A DNA stretch of 64,000 bases, from IMG/VR virus record IMGVR_UViG_3300021356_000797, positions 1-64,000 of that record; one strand, 5' to 3'. This stretch comes from a virus. Made by a program: the position numbers and the translations under genes. Below, one piece after another: positions 1 through 9,089 of the stretch (the stretch's first letter is position 1; each line of letters begins with the position of its first letter). The notes beneath the pieces are model-generated. The model worked only from the letters and a program-made list of their open reading frames with translations, did not search any database and was not told the origin of the DNA.

Positions 1-66
1 TAGCTCGTCAATACGTCCTTTAAGGTATTGAATTTCTAGTAGTTTATGGATTTCTTGTTCTGTCAT
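1..66 (-). CDS. hypothetical protein, 5' part only (MTEQEIHKLLEIQYLKGRIDEL...), runs off window start
   Basis: ATG at 66-64 directly after the stop of 68..262; frame is open to base 1. Confidence 0.55.
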   Translation of the reverse strand, partial: MTEQEIHKLLEIQYLKGRIDEL

Positions 67-67
67 G

Positions 68-262
68 TTAATAGTTTTTAGGTATTAGGTTTATTGAGAT
101 GAACCATCTGCCCCATCCAATCTCTATTGAATAGTATCCATTGAGATCTAGAGTATATCCTATAAGGATTGTGGGTAGTATAGAGAAGTGTCCCCAGGTT
201 TTAAGGGTTGCTACCTCCAGTATCCAGTTTTTCCTCCTGAAGTCTTTTAATTTCTTTAGCAT
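68..262 (-). CDS. small hydrophobic hypothetical protein
   Basis: 64-aa ORF in a tightly packed minus-strand string. Confidence 0.55.
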   Translation of the reverse strand: MLKKLKDFRRKNWILEVATLKTWGHFSILPTILIGYTLDLNGYYSIEIGWGRWFISINLIPKNY

Positions 263-362
263 GATACATCATTCTTTTCATGTCCGTATTAATACTATAA
301 CGGGACTCTTGCCATTGTCTAATATGCCAAGCAAGATCATTACTCTGTTCTTTTGCTTTCAT
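201..362 (-). CDS. 53-aa hypothetical protein (MKAKEQSNDLAWHIRQWQESRYS...), not in ORF track
   Basis: Translated by hand; fills the gap between 340..741 and 68..262 with short overlaps. Confidence 0.5.
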   Translation of the reverse strand: MKAKEQSNDLAWHIRQWQESRYSINTDMKRMMYHAKEIKRLQEEKLDTGGSNP

Positions 363-741
363 TGTATTTTGCTTTTACTCTATCTGAGATAGGTATACTA
401 TCACCATTCTCATCTATTCTTACAAATCTTATGTTGGTAGATAGGATAACAGACTGCTGACCAGAGTATACGTTGTGTGCTCTAGCTTCCATATAGATAG
501 TCATAGAGGAATTACCTATATGCACAACGTCACCATAGATCTTAATTAGCTGTCCTTCTTTGGCAGGCTTTTTAAATATGCACTTATCTATCATTACAGT
601 CACCATCCTTGGGGTGTCACAGACCTCCATGGCATACGCTGCCCCCGCGGCATCCAGCCAGGCTAAGAGTTTGCCCCCGAAGAGATTGGCATGAAAGCCT
701 AGATCACTTTTTTTAACGGGATGTGTTGTGATTAAGTTCAT
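340..741 (-). CDS. acyl-CoA thioesterase, hotdog fold (YciA/4HBT-like)
   Basis: DLGFHANLFGGKLLAWLDAAG signature, VTVMID..FKKP, GNSSM..Y.EA, FVRIDENG. Confidence 0.9.
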   Translation of the reverse strand: MNLITTHPVKKSDLGFHANLFGGKLLAWLDAAGAAYAMEVCDTPRMVTVMIDKCIFKKPAKEGQLIKIYGDVVHIGNSSMTIYMEARAHNVYSGQQSVILSTNIRFVRIDENGDSIPISDRVKAKYNESKRTE

Positions 742-880
742 TAATCTGGGTGTTGATTTCTTCTAGGTGTTGTTTTATCTCCAGTGCCTCCTTAAGAGCT
801 TCTAAACCACTGGATCTTTGGATATCATACAGTCTGTGCTGCAACCATTCACGCTCTTGTTGTAGTTTGTCTAGAGTCAT
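713..880 (-). CDS. 55-aa coiled-coil hypothetical protein (MTLDKLQQEREWLQHRLYDIQ...), not in ORF track
   Basis: Translated by hand; ATG overlaps the stop of 877..1308. Confidence 0.55.
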   Translation of the reverse strand: MTLDKLQQEREWLQHRLYDIQRSSGLEALKEALEIKQHLEEINTQINELNHNTSR

Positions 881-1308
881 ATTACTAGTTTAAGTCCTAC
901 ATGGACATAGTTTAAGTTGGGATTTATTTGCAATATACTAAAAGTTCCATATAACTGCTTGATTATCTGGTAGTCAGCTCCTGCTCTACCAACAAGAAGG
1001 TTTGGGTTATGGTTTAACCTATATGCGGGGCCACCATAGATTCTTAATTTACGAATCTCAAACTCATACTGTAAAAAGCTATAGGTTGCACCATGATGAC
1101 CCTCACCCATTGCTAATATTCCTACAAATACATTGTCATATCCTACTTCTGCAACTACCCCTCTAGCATGAAGACAAGCTACATATCCAATTCCTCCAGA
1201 TTTCTTATCGGATAGTATAAAATCTTTTACTGGATGGTATGGGCTGCATTCTTGTGCAGTGCTATCCAGCCAAAGGATAGTCAGAAAAATCGTAAGTAGG
1301 TACTTCAC
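877..1308 (-). CDS. exported protein, probable small outer-membrane beta-barrel
   Basis: N-terminal signal peptide (MKYLLTIFLTILWLDSTA/Q), alternating amphipathic beta strands, C-terminal YVHVGLKLVI. Confidence 0.55.
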   Translation of the reverse strand: MKYLLTIFLTILWLDSTAQECSPYHPVKDFILSDKKSGGIGYVACLHARGVVAEVGYDNVFVGILAMGEGHHGATYSFLQYEFEIRKLRIYGGPAYRLNHNPNLLVGRAGADYQIIKQLYGTFSILQINPNLNYVHVGLKLVI

Positions 1309-1451
1309 TGACGTAATAGTAGTTAAGAATTAAGTTAACTGGGGCTGTAGTATTCATATGCCACTCTGGGTATACCCCACTTTGATCTTGTATATATATG
1401 GTTCCACTCATGTCACTAAGGTAATGATAAATTTTAAATATTTAAACTTAT

Positions 1452-1463
1452 TTTGTATATTAG
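1452..1463 (+). promoter_or_regulatory. putative phage late promoter motif TTTGTATATTAG
   Basis: The same motif precedes about 10 plus-strand gene starts in this window. Confidence 0.65.
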
Positions 1464-1489
1464 TAATGTAAACTTTAAAACTAACAACA

Positions 1490-1711
1490 ATGTCTGAGGA
1501 TAAGAAAGACTTGTCTCCACAGGAATACCAGGAGCGCAAAGAGAAGCTACATGAATTTTACAGTAAAGAAGTAAAATGGTTGCAGACTCAGCTGGAATAT
1601 GAGGAGCTTTTAAGAGATATATCTAAGGCTAGAGCAGAAAGATTGCAAGCAGACGCCTTTGTTTTACAAATGACTAACCCACAAGAAGGTGAGGACGATG
1701 CTGGTGAATAA
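1490..1711 (+). CDS. small coiled-coil hypothetical protein
   Basis: 73-aa ORF downstream of the promoter motif with an A-rich leader. Confidence 0.75.
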   Translation: MSEDKKDLSPQEYQERKEKLHEFYSKEVKWLQTQLEYEELLRDISKARAERLQADAFVLQMTNPQEGEDDAGE

Positions 1712-2096
1712 AGTAGATAAGAGAGTTAAGCTTGATAAGCGTGAGGTTGTCAAGTATCAGATCCTTACATACTGTTTCTTAAACGGTGTACAGGTAAGTG
1801 AGTCTGATCTTAACTGTCTTACTGAGCTTGGTCTTCTGGGTGAAGATGAGCTTACTTCTTTTTGTTCTAAGGTTGCGGAGAAAAACATATTTAAGTCTCC
1901 ACAATCCGCACGTAATGCCATTACTAAAGCAGAGAAGAAGAATCTTTTGGTAAAAAACGGTAAGAACCGTAAGACTATTAAGCTGAATGAGGTATTGAAC
2001 GTTCAAGTAAACGGTACTGTCTTACTTGATTTTAAATTTGTTTCTGTTGAAGCCAAAGAAGTACAGAGAAATACTGAAGAAGATACAGAAGCATAA
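1698..2096 (+). CDS. hypothetical protein, possible winged-HTH DNA-binding protein
   Basis: ORF 1689..2096, likely ATG start at 1698; SPQSARNAITKAEKKNLLVK resembles a wHTH recognition helix and wing. Confidence 0.6.
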   Translation: MLVNKVDKRVKLDKREVVKYQILTYCFLNGVQVSESDLNCLTELGLLGEDELTSFCSKVAEKNIFKSPQSARNAITKAEKKNLLVKNGKNRKTIKLNEVLNVQVNGTVLLDFKFVSVEAKEVQRNTEEDTEA

Positions 2097-2415
2097 TGAC
2101 TGGGATGAAGATCTCATGTCAGATGCGGTAAACTTTTTCTACAGTCGTGTTAGAAAAGCTATGTCTAGCTTAGAGGATACTACAATGTTTATCCCAAAGC
2201 TAGGAACCTTTAAGATTCGTAAGCATAGAATGGATAAGATGATTGCAGAAAAGGAAGAACTGATTAAGAAACTAAACCCTCATGAGTTTACTAAGTATGA
2301 TTCATACAGAAAGAACAAGGAGGATTTAGAAAAGCTATACAAAGTAAAAAATAAGTTTAATGAGCTGGATAAGAAACGTACTGAATTCCGTACAGGAACG
2401 CGTACAAAAGATTAA
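2026..2415 (+). CDS. HU/IHF-like DNA-binding protein
   Basis: MFIPKLGTFKIR matches the HU/IHF beta-arm motif; true start may be TTG at 2047. Confidence 0.55.
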   Translation: MILNLFLLKPKKYREILKKIQKHNDWDEDLMSDAVNFFYSRVRKAMSSLEDTTMFIPKLGTFKIRKHRMDKMIAEKEELIKKLNPHEFTKYDSYRKNKEDLEKLYKVKNKFNELDKKRTEFRTGTRTKD

Positions 2416-2656
2416 AGAAGCTTGGTCTAACAGGTTTCTTATTCTTGATGCAGTAAAGAACTACGTGGCTAATGATTCAGAGATTGAGACACTAGCTGCA
2501 ACTAGAATGGATATTTGTAATGAGTGTCCATTATTAGATTTAAAGGGATCTAAATGTTTTGCTCCTGGCACGCAACCTTGCTGTGGGAGTTGTGGATGTT
2601 CTTTAAAATTAAAGACAAGAAGCGTTGAAAGTTCTTGTCCAGAAGGAAAATGGTAA
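2360..2656 (+). CDS. Cys-rich putative Zn-binding protein
   Basis: RMDICNECP...C...CCGSCGCSLKLKTR...CPEGKW. Confidence 0.7.
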   Translation: MSWIRNVLNSVQERVQKIKEAWSNRFLILDAVKNYVANDSEIETLAATRMDICNECPLLDLKGSKCFAPGTQPCCGSCGCSLKLKTRSVESSCPEGKW

Positions 2657-2659
2657 ACT

Positions 2660-3472
2660 ATGTCTGTAGCATTTACAGCAAATAACCACAAGTATGTAAG
2701 TATTGATGGAGAAAATATTCTCTGGACCAGTACTACATCTTTTATATCTAAGTTTAAAAAGCCCTTTGATAGGGATGGAGTAGCTGAAAGAGTCTCTAAG
2801 AGTAAGAAATCCAAGTGGTATGGTAAGACTCCTGATGAAATTAAAGCTATTTGGGACGCTGAAGCTTCCAGAGCAATGGATCTTGGTAACTGGTATCATG
2901 ATCAAAGAGAAGCTGACCTGCTTGAATTTAACACCATTGAGCGTTACGGAAAGCAGGTTCCTATAGTAAGACCTATCACAGAAGGAGAAAAGAAGCTAGC
3001 ACCCCCTCAAAAGCTTTCAGACGGGTTGTATCCAGAGCATTTAGTCTACCTTAAGTCTGCAGGTATATCTGGTCAGTCAGATCTTGTAGAGGTTGTTGAC
3101 GGTTATGTACACATTACCGACTATAAAACCAATAAGGAGATTAAAGAAAAGTCCTATGTAAACTGGGAAGGTGTATCTCAAAAGATGTTACCCCCTGTAG
3201 ATCACCTGGATGACTGTAATTTAAACCATTATAATTTACAGTTATCACTTTACATGTACATTATCCTAAAACACAACCGTAGACTAAAGCCTGGAAACCT
3301 GGTAATACAGCATGTGAAGTTTGAAAAGGATGGTGAAGATGAAAACGGATACCCAATCAATAGCAAGAATGCACAAGGGGACTATGTTATTGAGGATATC
3401 AAATATTATGAGCTACCTTATTTAAGAGAAGAGGTAGTTAACATGCTCAAGTGGCACAAACAAAATAAGTAA
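2660..3472 (+). CDS. PD-(D/E)XK (RecB/Cas4-like) exonuclease
   Basis: GNWYH, PEHLVY, SGQSDLV, ITDYKTNK, YNLQLSLY motifs. Confidence 0.85.
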   Translation: MSVAFTANNHKYVSIDGENILWTSTTSFISKFKKPFDRDGVAERVSKSKKSKWYGKTPDEIKAIWDAEASRAMDLGNWYHDQREADLLEFNTIERYGKQVPIVRPITEGEKKLAPPQKLSDGLYPEHLVYLKSAGISGQSDLVEVVDGYVHITDYKTNKEIKEKSYVNWEGVSQKMLPPVDHLDDCNLNHYNLQLSLYMYIILKHNRRLKPGNLVIQHVKFEKDGEDENGYPINSKNAQGDYVIEDIKYYELPYLREEVVNMLKWHKQNK

Positions 3473-4005
3473 TGCTGGTAAAATTATTTGATATTCAGAA
3501 CGGAACTGTAATTCCTAGTGAACACAGTTATACATTGAACTTCCTAAAGGTGATTAGAGAAGAGTATCCTGAAGAACATTTAGACATTTATGCCTACTTA
3601 TTCTACATGACTTGCCCTAATCCGGATATGAATCCGTTCTTCAATATTCCGGATAGAGATAAAGAAGACCTTATACTCAGGGAGTTACGTACTGGTGAAG
3701 ACTTCTCTGACTTTGATACAGATGAAGAGATGATTCAAGAAGCTTTAAAGAATTGTACTCTACTATATGAGACTCCTACTTATAGAGCTTATAAAGGTAT
3801 TGCTAGTATGTTGGACCGTTTGGCAGACTATATGATGAGAACACCAATAGAACATGGTAGAGATGGTAACATTAATCAGATAGTTAATGCAGCTGCTAAA
3901 TTTGAACAGATAAGAAATTCATTTAAAGGAGCTTATTCAGATCTACAGGAAGAGCAGAAGTCTTCTGTTAGAGGAGGTCAAAACTTATCTTATGATCAAA
4001 TGTAA
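3472..4005 (+). CDS. conserved crAss-like protein upstream of terminase (candidate small terminase subunit)
   Basis: Position directly before terL with overlapping stop/start; helical; C-terminal SSVRGG. Confidence 0.55.
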   Translation: MLVKLFDIQNGTVIPSEHSYTLNFLKVIREEYPEEHLDIYAYLFYMTCPNPDMNPFFNIPDRDKEDLILRELRTGEDFSDFDTDEEMIQEALKNCTLLYETPTYRAYKGIASMLDRLADYMMRTPIEHGRDGNINQIVNAAAKFEQIRNSFKGAYSDLQEEQKSSVRGGQNLSYDQM

Positions 4006-6209
4006 TGAGTGATATCAGTATCTCATGTTATAACTGTAAGGAGCAAGCTTGGACAGAGGCGAAGTTCAAAGAAAAAAATGAACTTGTCAAGTTTATTCAA
4101 AAACTTTTTAAAGAACCTGGTGAGTATAACTTCACTGAGGAGACTGAAATTTTTACTGCTGAAGCCACTAAATTCAATAGATATGGGGTTTATTGTACAG
4201 CTCCTTACATGTCAAAAGAATTTATTGAGTACTGGGATGATCAGAAACAAAAATGCCGCAATGGGGTAATTATCCAAGGAGAAAAAGACACCTGGTATCT
4301 TACACGTGACTACTACATGTGGTTAAACTTTCTTCCCATCTATGATAAAGAAGAAAAGAAGTATGGCTTTGCTAAGGTTAGAGATGCCCAGTATCATATG
4401 GCATTGTATGAATGGCTAGCTGAAGCTGAATACAAACACGTAGCCATTCTGAAAAAACGTCAGATTGCATCATCATACTTTCATGCAGCCAAGCTTCTAA
4501 ATACCTATTGGTTTGAAGAAGGTGCTGTACTAAAGATGGGTGCATCACTTAAATCCTATGTTAATGATGAGGGTACATGGAAATTCCTGGACGAGTACAA
4601 GAACTTTCTTAATGAACACACCGCCTGGTACAGACCAGCAAATCCTGATAAGACTCTTTTATGGGAGCAAAAGATTGAGGTTACTATCAATGGGCGTAAG
4701 CAAAATAAAGGGCTTATGTCTAAGATACAGGGGATGTCTTTTGAAAAGAATGCCACCAAAGGGGTAGGGGGTCCTGTTACTTATTTCTTCCATGAGGAAG
4801 CAGGTATTGCTCCTAAGATGGACCAAACTTATGAATACTTAAGACCTGCCATGGCGTCAGGTCAGATTACTACAGGTATGTTTATTGCAGCAGGATCTGT
4901 AGGGGATTTGGAACAATGTGAACCATTAAAGGACATGATCCTGAATCCTAAAGCCAACGATATCTATGCAGTAGAAACCAACCTGCTAGATGATAAGGGG
5001 AGTAGAGGAGAAGTGGGACTCTTCATTCCTGAACAGTGGTCTATGCCACCTCTTATAGATAATTGGGGGAACTCAATGGTAGAGGAAGCATTAGCAGCTA
5101 TTCAGGAAGAGAGGGCTACATGGAAAAGAGAATTAAGCCCTGAGCAGTATCAGCTGAGAATATCTCAGAAACCAACAAACATTGCTGAGGCTTTTGCTTA
5201 TCGTAAAGAGTCACTCTTCCCTCAAAACCTTATCTCTTCTCAAACTAAAAGAATTGAGGATAAAGAATATCCTGTAGAATATCTAGAACTAGATTGGGAT
5301 GAAGCTGGTACTGGTATTAAAGCTAGCCGTAGTAGAAAGCAACCAATTAATACTTTTCCTGTAGATAAGCGTCAAGAAGATAAGACAGGGGTGCTTTGTG
5401 TTTATGAGCGTCCTGTAGATAATCCTGAGTTTGGTATGTACTATGCAAGTATTGACCCCGTAGGAGAAGGTAAAACAACAACGTCTGAGTCACTTTGTAG
5501 CATCTATGTATACAAGAACCCTATTGAGGTAACAAAGATCACTGACGAAGGTCCTCAGAGCTTTGTAGAGGGTGATAAGATTGTAGCTGCCTGGTGTGGT
5601 AGATATGATGATATCAATAAGACTCATGAGCAGCTAGAAAAGATTATAGAATATTACAGAGCTTGGGCTCTTGTGGAAAATAACGTGTCACTATTTATCC
5701 AGTATATGATTGCTAAACGCAAACAGAAGTGGCTGGTTCCCAAGGATCAAGTGCTATTCCTGAAAGATATAGGGAGTAATAGAAGTGTATATGCAGAGTA
5801 TGGGTGGAAGAACACTGGTACTATGTTTAAGAATCACTTGATAAACTATGCTATTGAGTTCCTTAAGGAGGAGATAGATATAGAAACTGATGCTGACGGT
5901 ACCATCACTAAACGTATATTTGGTATTGAACGCATTCCTGATATTATGCTTATGAAAGAAATGCAAGCATACCAGCCAGGTGTAAACGTGGATAGACTGG
6001 TATCATTTGCAGCTCTTATAGGATTTGCCAAAGTACAACAAGCAAATAGAGGATATCAGAAACGAATTGATAATGAGTCATCTGTAAAATTGGATAATAC
6101 GCAGAAAATGACTAAATTAAATATGAGTCCCTTTAGACATATTGGAGGGGGCAACAAAGGTATTATGGGAGGTAAAGGAAAGCGTTCAGCTTTTAAAAAT
6201 TTAAAGTAA
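4005..6209 (+). CDS. terL: terminase large subunit
   Basis: ATPase LKKRQIASSY and Walker B FFHEEAG; RNase H nuclease ASIDPV, LVENN, NVDRL. Confidence 0.92.
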   Translation: MSDISISCYNCKEQAWTEAKFKEKNELVKFIQKLFKEPGEYNFTEETEIFTAEATKFNRYGVYCTAPYMSKEFIEYWDDQKQKCRNGVIIQGEKDTWYLTRDYYMWLNFLPIYDKEEKKYGFAKVRDAQYHMALYEWLAEAEYKHVAILKKRQIASSYFHAAKLLNTYWFEEGAVLKMGASLKSYVNDEGTWKFLDEYKNFLNEHTAWYRPANPDKTLLWEQKIEVTINGRKQNKGLMSKIQGMSFEKNATKGVGGPVTYFFHEEAGIAPKMDQTYEYLRPAMASGQITTGMFIAAGSVGDLEQCEPLKDMILNPKANDIYAVETNLLDDKGSRGEVGLFIPEQWSMPPLIDNWGNSMVEEALAAIQEERATWKRELSPEQYQLRISQKPTNIAEAFAYRKESLFPQNLISSQTKRIEDKEYPVEYLELDWDEAGTGIKASRSRKQPINTFPVDKRQEDKTGVLCVYERPVDNPEFGMYYASIDPVGEGKTTTSESLCSIYVYKNPIEVTKITDEGPQSFVEGDKIVAAWCGRYDDINKTHEQLEKIIEYYRAWALVENNVSLFIQYMIAKRKQKWLVPKDQVLFLKDIGSNRSVYAEYGWKNTGTMFKNHLINYAIEFLKEEIDIETDADGTITKRIFGIERIPDIMLMKEMQAYQPGVNVDRLVSFAALIGFAKVQQANRGYQKRIDNESSVKLDNTQKMTKLNMSPFRHIGGGNKGIMGGKGKRSAFKNLK

Positions 6210-6210
6210 C

Positions 6211-8976
6211 ATGCCTAAAGTTATAAATGCAATGCAGGCTAAGGCTGGTGCCAAGGTTGAAAAGAATAAGATGGGAACCTTGGAACAGCCAACTCAGTTT
6301 CTTCCTGAAAAGAAGAAGGATCAAGAGTGGGCTGCCTGGAATATAGATTGGATTGAGGTACAAGGTCAGAAGCAACTTAAGAGAAATGCTAGACGCTTGC
6401 TAAAGAACTACAAGCTTGCCAAAGGTATTATTGACAAGACTGACTACATTGTAGAAGAAGACAACCTATATGCAGATCTAGTAGATCAGCTTACTCAAGA
6501 AGATGTATCTGCACTTGAGATTAAATTTTACCCCATCATTCCTAACGTAATCAATGTTCTTATGGGAGAGTTTGCATCTAAGTATGCAAAGGTTACCTTC
6601 CGTGCTGTAGATGACACATCTTATAATGAGATGATGGAGCAGAAAAGAGCAATGATTGAAGAGACTCTTTTGGCAGATGCTGCTTCTAAGATTTTAAATA
6701 AACTGATACAGCAGGGTGCAGATCTACAAAACCCTGAAGTTCAGCAGATGTTATCTAAGCAGTCTTTAATGACGCTCCCAGAAATTGAAGACTTCTTCCG
6801 TAAAGATTACAGATCACTTGTAGAAGAGTGGGCAGATCACCAGATGAAGGTTGATGAAGAACGTTTTAAGATGTATGAGCTAGAGGAAAGAGCTTTCCGT
6901 GATATGCTTATTACTGATAGAGAGTTCTGGCATTTCCGTATGGGAGAGGATGACTATGATATTGAATTGTGGAATCCAGTTCTTACATTCTACCACAAGT
7001 CACCAGATGTACGTTATATTTCTCAGTCTAACTGGGTAGGTAAATCTGATATGATGACTGTTGCTGATGTTATTGATAAGTATGGTTACTTAATGACAGA
7101 AGATCAGATTAAAGAACTTGAGAATGTTTATCCTTCTAGAGCTGCTGGTTATGCAATTCCTGGTACTCCTAATGATGGATCTTTCTATGATGGTACTAGA
7201 TCACATGAGTGGAATAGTATTGAGAATGGATCTTTAGGTTACCGTCAGTTTGTGGCTAACTATGACCTAGGTTTTTCAGGGGGTGGTGATATTGTAGATT
7301 GGATCTTAGGAGAGTCAGAAGATTTATTTGACTTTGGTAAAACATTTATGCTTAGAGTGTCTACAGTCTACTGGAAAACTCAGAGACGTGTAGGACATCT
7401 TACTAAAGTACTAGAAGATGGTACGGTCATTCAGGATATTGTTACTGATGATTACGCTGTAATAGATAAACCCCTTTATAATACAAATGTATCTAAACAG
7501 AAGACTAAAGAGAATGTAATCTTTGGTGATCATATTGATTGGATTTGGATTAATGAAGTATGGGGTGGTATTAAGATTGGACCTAATCATCCAACATATT
7601 GGGGGATGACTAGTCCAGATGGTGTTAGTCCTATGTACTTAGGTATTGATAAGCCAGAGCCAGGTAGACTTAAGTTTCAGTTTAAAGGAGATACTACTTT
7701 ATATGGATGTAAACTTCCTGTAGAGGGTGCAGTATTCTCTGATAGAAACACTAAGTCAGTATCTCTAGTAGATATGATGAAGCCTTACCAGATTGGATAC
7801 AATATTGTAAACAACCAGATTGCAGATATCCTTGTAGATGAATTAGGTACTGTGATCATGCTAGATCAAAATGCTATTCCACGTCACTCATTGGGAGAAG
7901 ATTGGGGTAAAAACAACTTAGCTAAAGCATATGTAGCAATGAAGGATTTCCAAATGCTTCCTCTTGATACATCTATTACAAATACAGAGAATGCTCTTAA
8001 CTTTCAGCACTATCAGGTGTTGAACCTAGAGCAAACTCAACGTTTGATGTCTAGAACGCAACTTGCTAATTACTTTAAGCAACAAGCATTTGAAGCTATT
8101 GGTGTTAATGCTCAGCGTTTAGGTGGGGCTATGGAACAACAAACAGCTACTGGTGTACAGGCTTCTTTAGAAATGTCTTATGCACAAACTGAAACATACT
8201 TTATTCAGCACTCAGATCACTTGATGCCAAGAGTACATCAGATGCGTACAGACTTGGCTCAATACTACCATAGTACAAATCCTTCTGTAAGACTTCAATA
8301 CATTACATCTGAAGATGAAAAGGTTAACTTTACTATTAATGGTACTGAGTTACTCTTAAGAGACTTTAATATTTTCTGTACTACTAAAGCAAATCACAGA
8401 AGAATTCTTGAGCAACTTAAGCAGATGGCTCTTACTAATAATACTACGGGTGCTAGTATTTATGATCTTGGTAATATTATTAAGTCTGATAGTATTGGTG
8501 AGGTTACTAGTATTATGAAGGAGGCTGAACAAAAACAAATGCAACAACGTCAAGCTGAACAACAGCAGGCTATGCAAATGGAACAGCAAAAACTTCAGAT
8601 GGAAGCTCAAGAAAAAGAAATGGCTAGACAATTTGAATCTGACCAAAATGATAAAGACCGTCAGAATAGAATTATTCAGGCTGAGATCAAAGCTTCAGGA
8701 TATGGTGCTATGCAGGACATTAACCAGAATAAAGTTTCTGACTTCCAAGATGCTCTTAAAGATATTAGAGATACTGAAAGATATCAAGCTCAAACAGAAC
8801 TTAAGAGAGAGTCTGAGAATAATAAGAAAGCGTTCCAGCAGCAGAATATTGCTCTTAAGCGTGAAGAGCTTCAAAGTAAAGAACGCATTGCTAATACTCA
8901 ATTAGAGATTGCTAGAGAGAACAAAAATAAGTATGATGTTCCCCAAGCAAAGAAATCTGATAAGAAAGAGAAATAG
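6211..8976 (+). CDS. portal protein
   Basis: 921 aa directly after terL; YPIIPNVINVLMGE, SLVDMMKPYQ, Gln-rich C-terminal barrel as in crAss-like portals; ends in TAG. Confidence 0.88.
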   Translation: MPKVINAMQAKAGAKVEKNKMGTLEQPTQFLPEKKKDQEWAAWNIDWIEVQGQKQLKRNARRLLKNYKLAKGIIDKTDYIVEEDNLYADLVDQLTQEDVSALEIKFYPIIPNVINVLMGEFASKYAKVTFRAVDDTSYNEMMEQKRAMIEETLLADAASKILNKLIQQGADLQNPEVQQMLSKQSLMTLPEIEDFFRKDYRSLVEEWADHQMKVDEERFKMYELEERAFRDMLITDREFWHFRMGEDDYDIELWNPVLTFYHKSPDVRYISQSNWVGKSDMMTVADVIDKYGYLMTEDQIKELENVYPSRAAGYAIPGTPNDGSFYDGTRSHEWNSIENGSLGYRQFVANYDLGFSGGGDIVDWILGESEDLFDFGKTFMLRVSTVYWKTQRRVGHLTKVLEDGTVIQDIVTDDYAVIDKPLYNTNVSKQKTKENVIFGDHIDWIWINEVWGGIKIGPNHPTYWGMTSPDGVSPMYLGIDKPEPGRLKFQFKGDTTLYGCKLPVEGAVFSDRNTKSVSLVDMMKPYQIGYNIVNNQIADILVDELGTVIMLDQNAIPRHSLGEDWGKNNLAKAYVAMKDFQMLPLDTSITNTENALNFQHYQVLNLEQTQRLMSRTQLANYFKQQAFEAIGVNAQRLGGAMEQQTATGVQASLEMSYAQTETYFIQHSDHLMPRVHQMRTDLAQYYHSTNPSVRLQYITSEDEKVNFTINGTELLLRDFNIFCTTKANHRRILEQLKQMALTNNTTGASIYDLGNIIKSDSIGEVTSIMKEAEQKQMQQRQAEQQQAMQMEQQKLQMEAQEKEMARQFESDQNDKDRQNRIIQAEIKASGYGAMQDINQNKVSDFQDALKDIRDTERYQAQTELKRESENNKKAFQQQNIALKREELQSKERIANTQLEIARENKNKYDVPQAKKSDKKEK

Positions 8977-9026
8977 TACTTAGCTATATACTTCCGAAAA
9001 ACACATGTAAAAGATAATGTAAAAGC

Positions 9027-9056
9027 AAATCTCTGAGGTTTATTCCTCAGAGATTT
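9027..9056. repeat. perfect 12-bp inverted repeat AAATCTCTGAGG-tttatt-CCTCAGAGATTT overlapping the promoter motif
   Basis: Read directly; GTATATTA follows at 9057. Confidence 0.85.
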
Positions 9057-9065
9057 GTATATTAA
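9054..9065 (+). promoter_or_regulatory. putative late promoter TTTGTATATTAA (scaffold/MCP operon)
   Basis: Recurrent motif about 25 nt upstream of ATG 9090. Confidence 0.65.
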
Positions 9066-9089
9066 TAGTGAGAGAAAAACCAACTTAAA

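Noticed and set aside
1309-1489. tRNA or other known ncRNA in the divergent intergenic region
   Set aside because: No cloverleaf or T-loop consensus recognised here or in any other gap
2660-3472. Cas4-like nuclease as a sign of a CRISPR system
   Set aside because: No repeat-spacer array or other cas genes seen; solo PD-(D/E)XK nucleases are common in these phages
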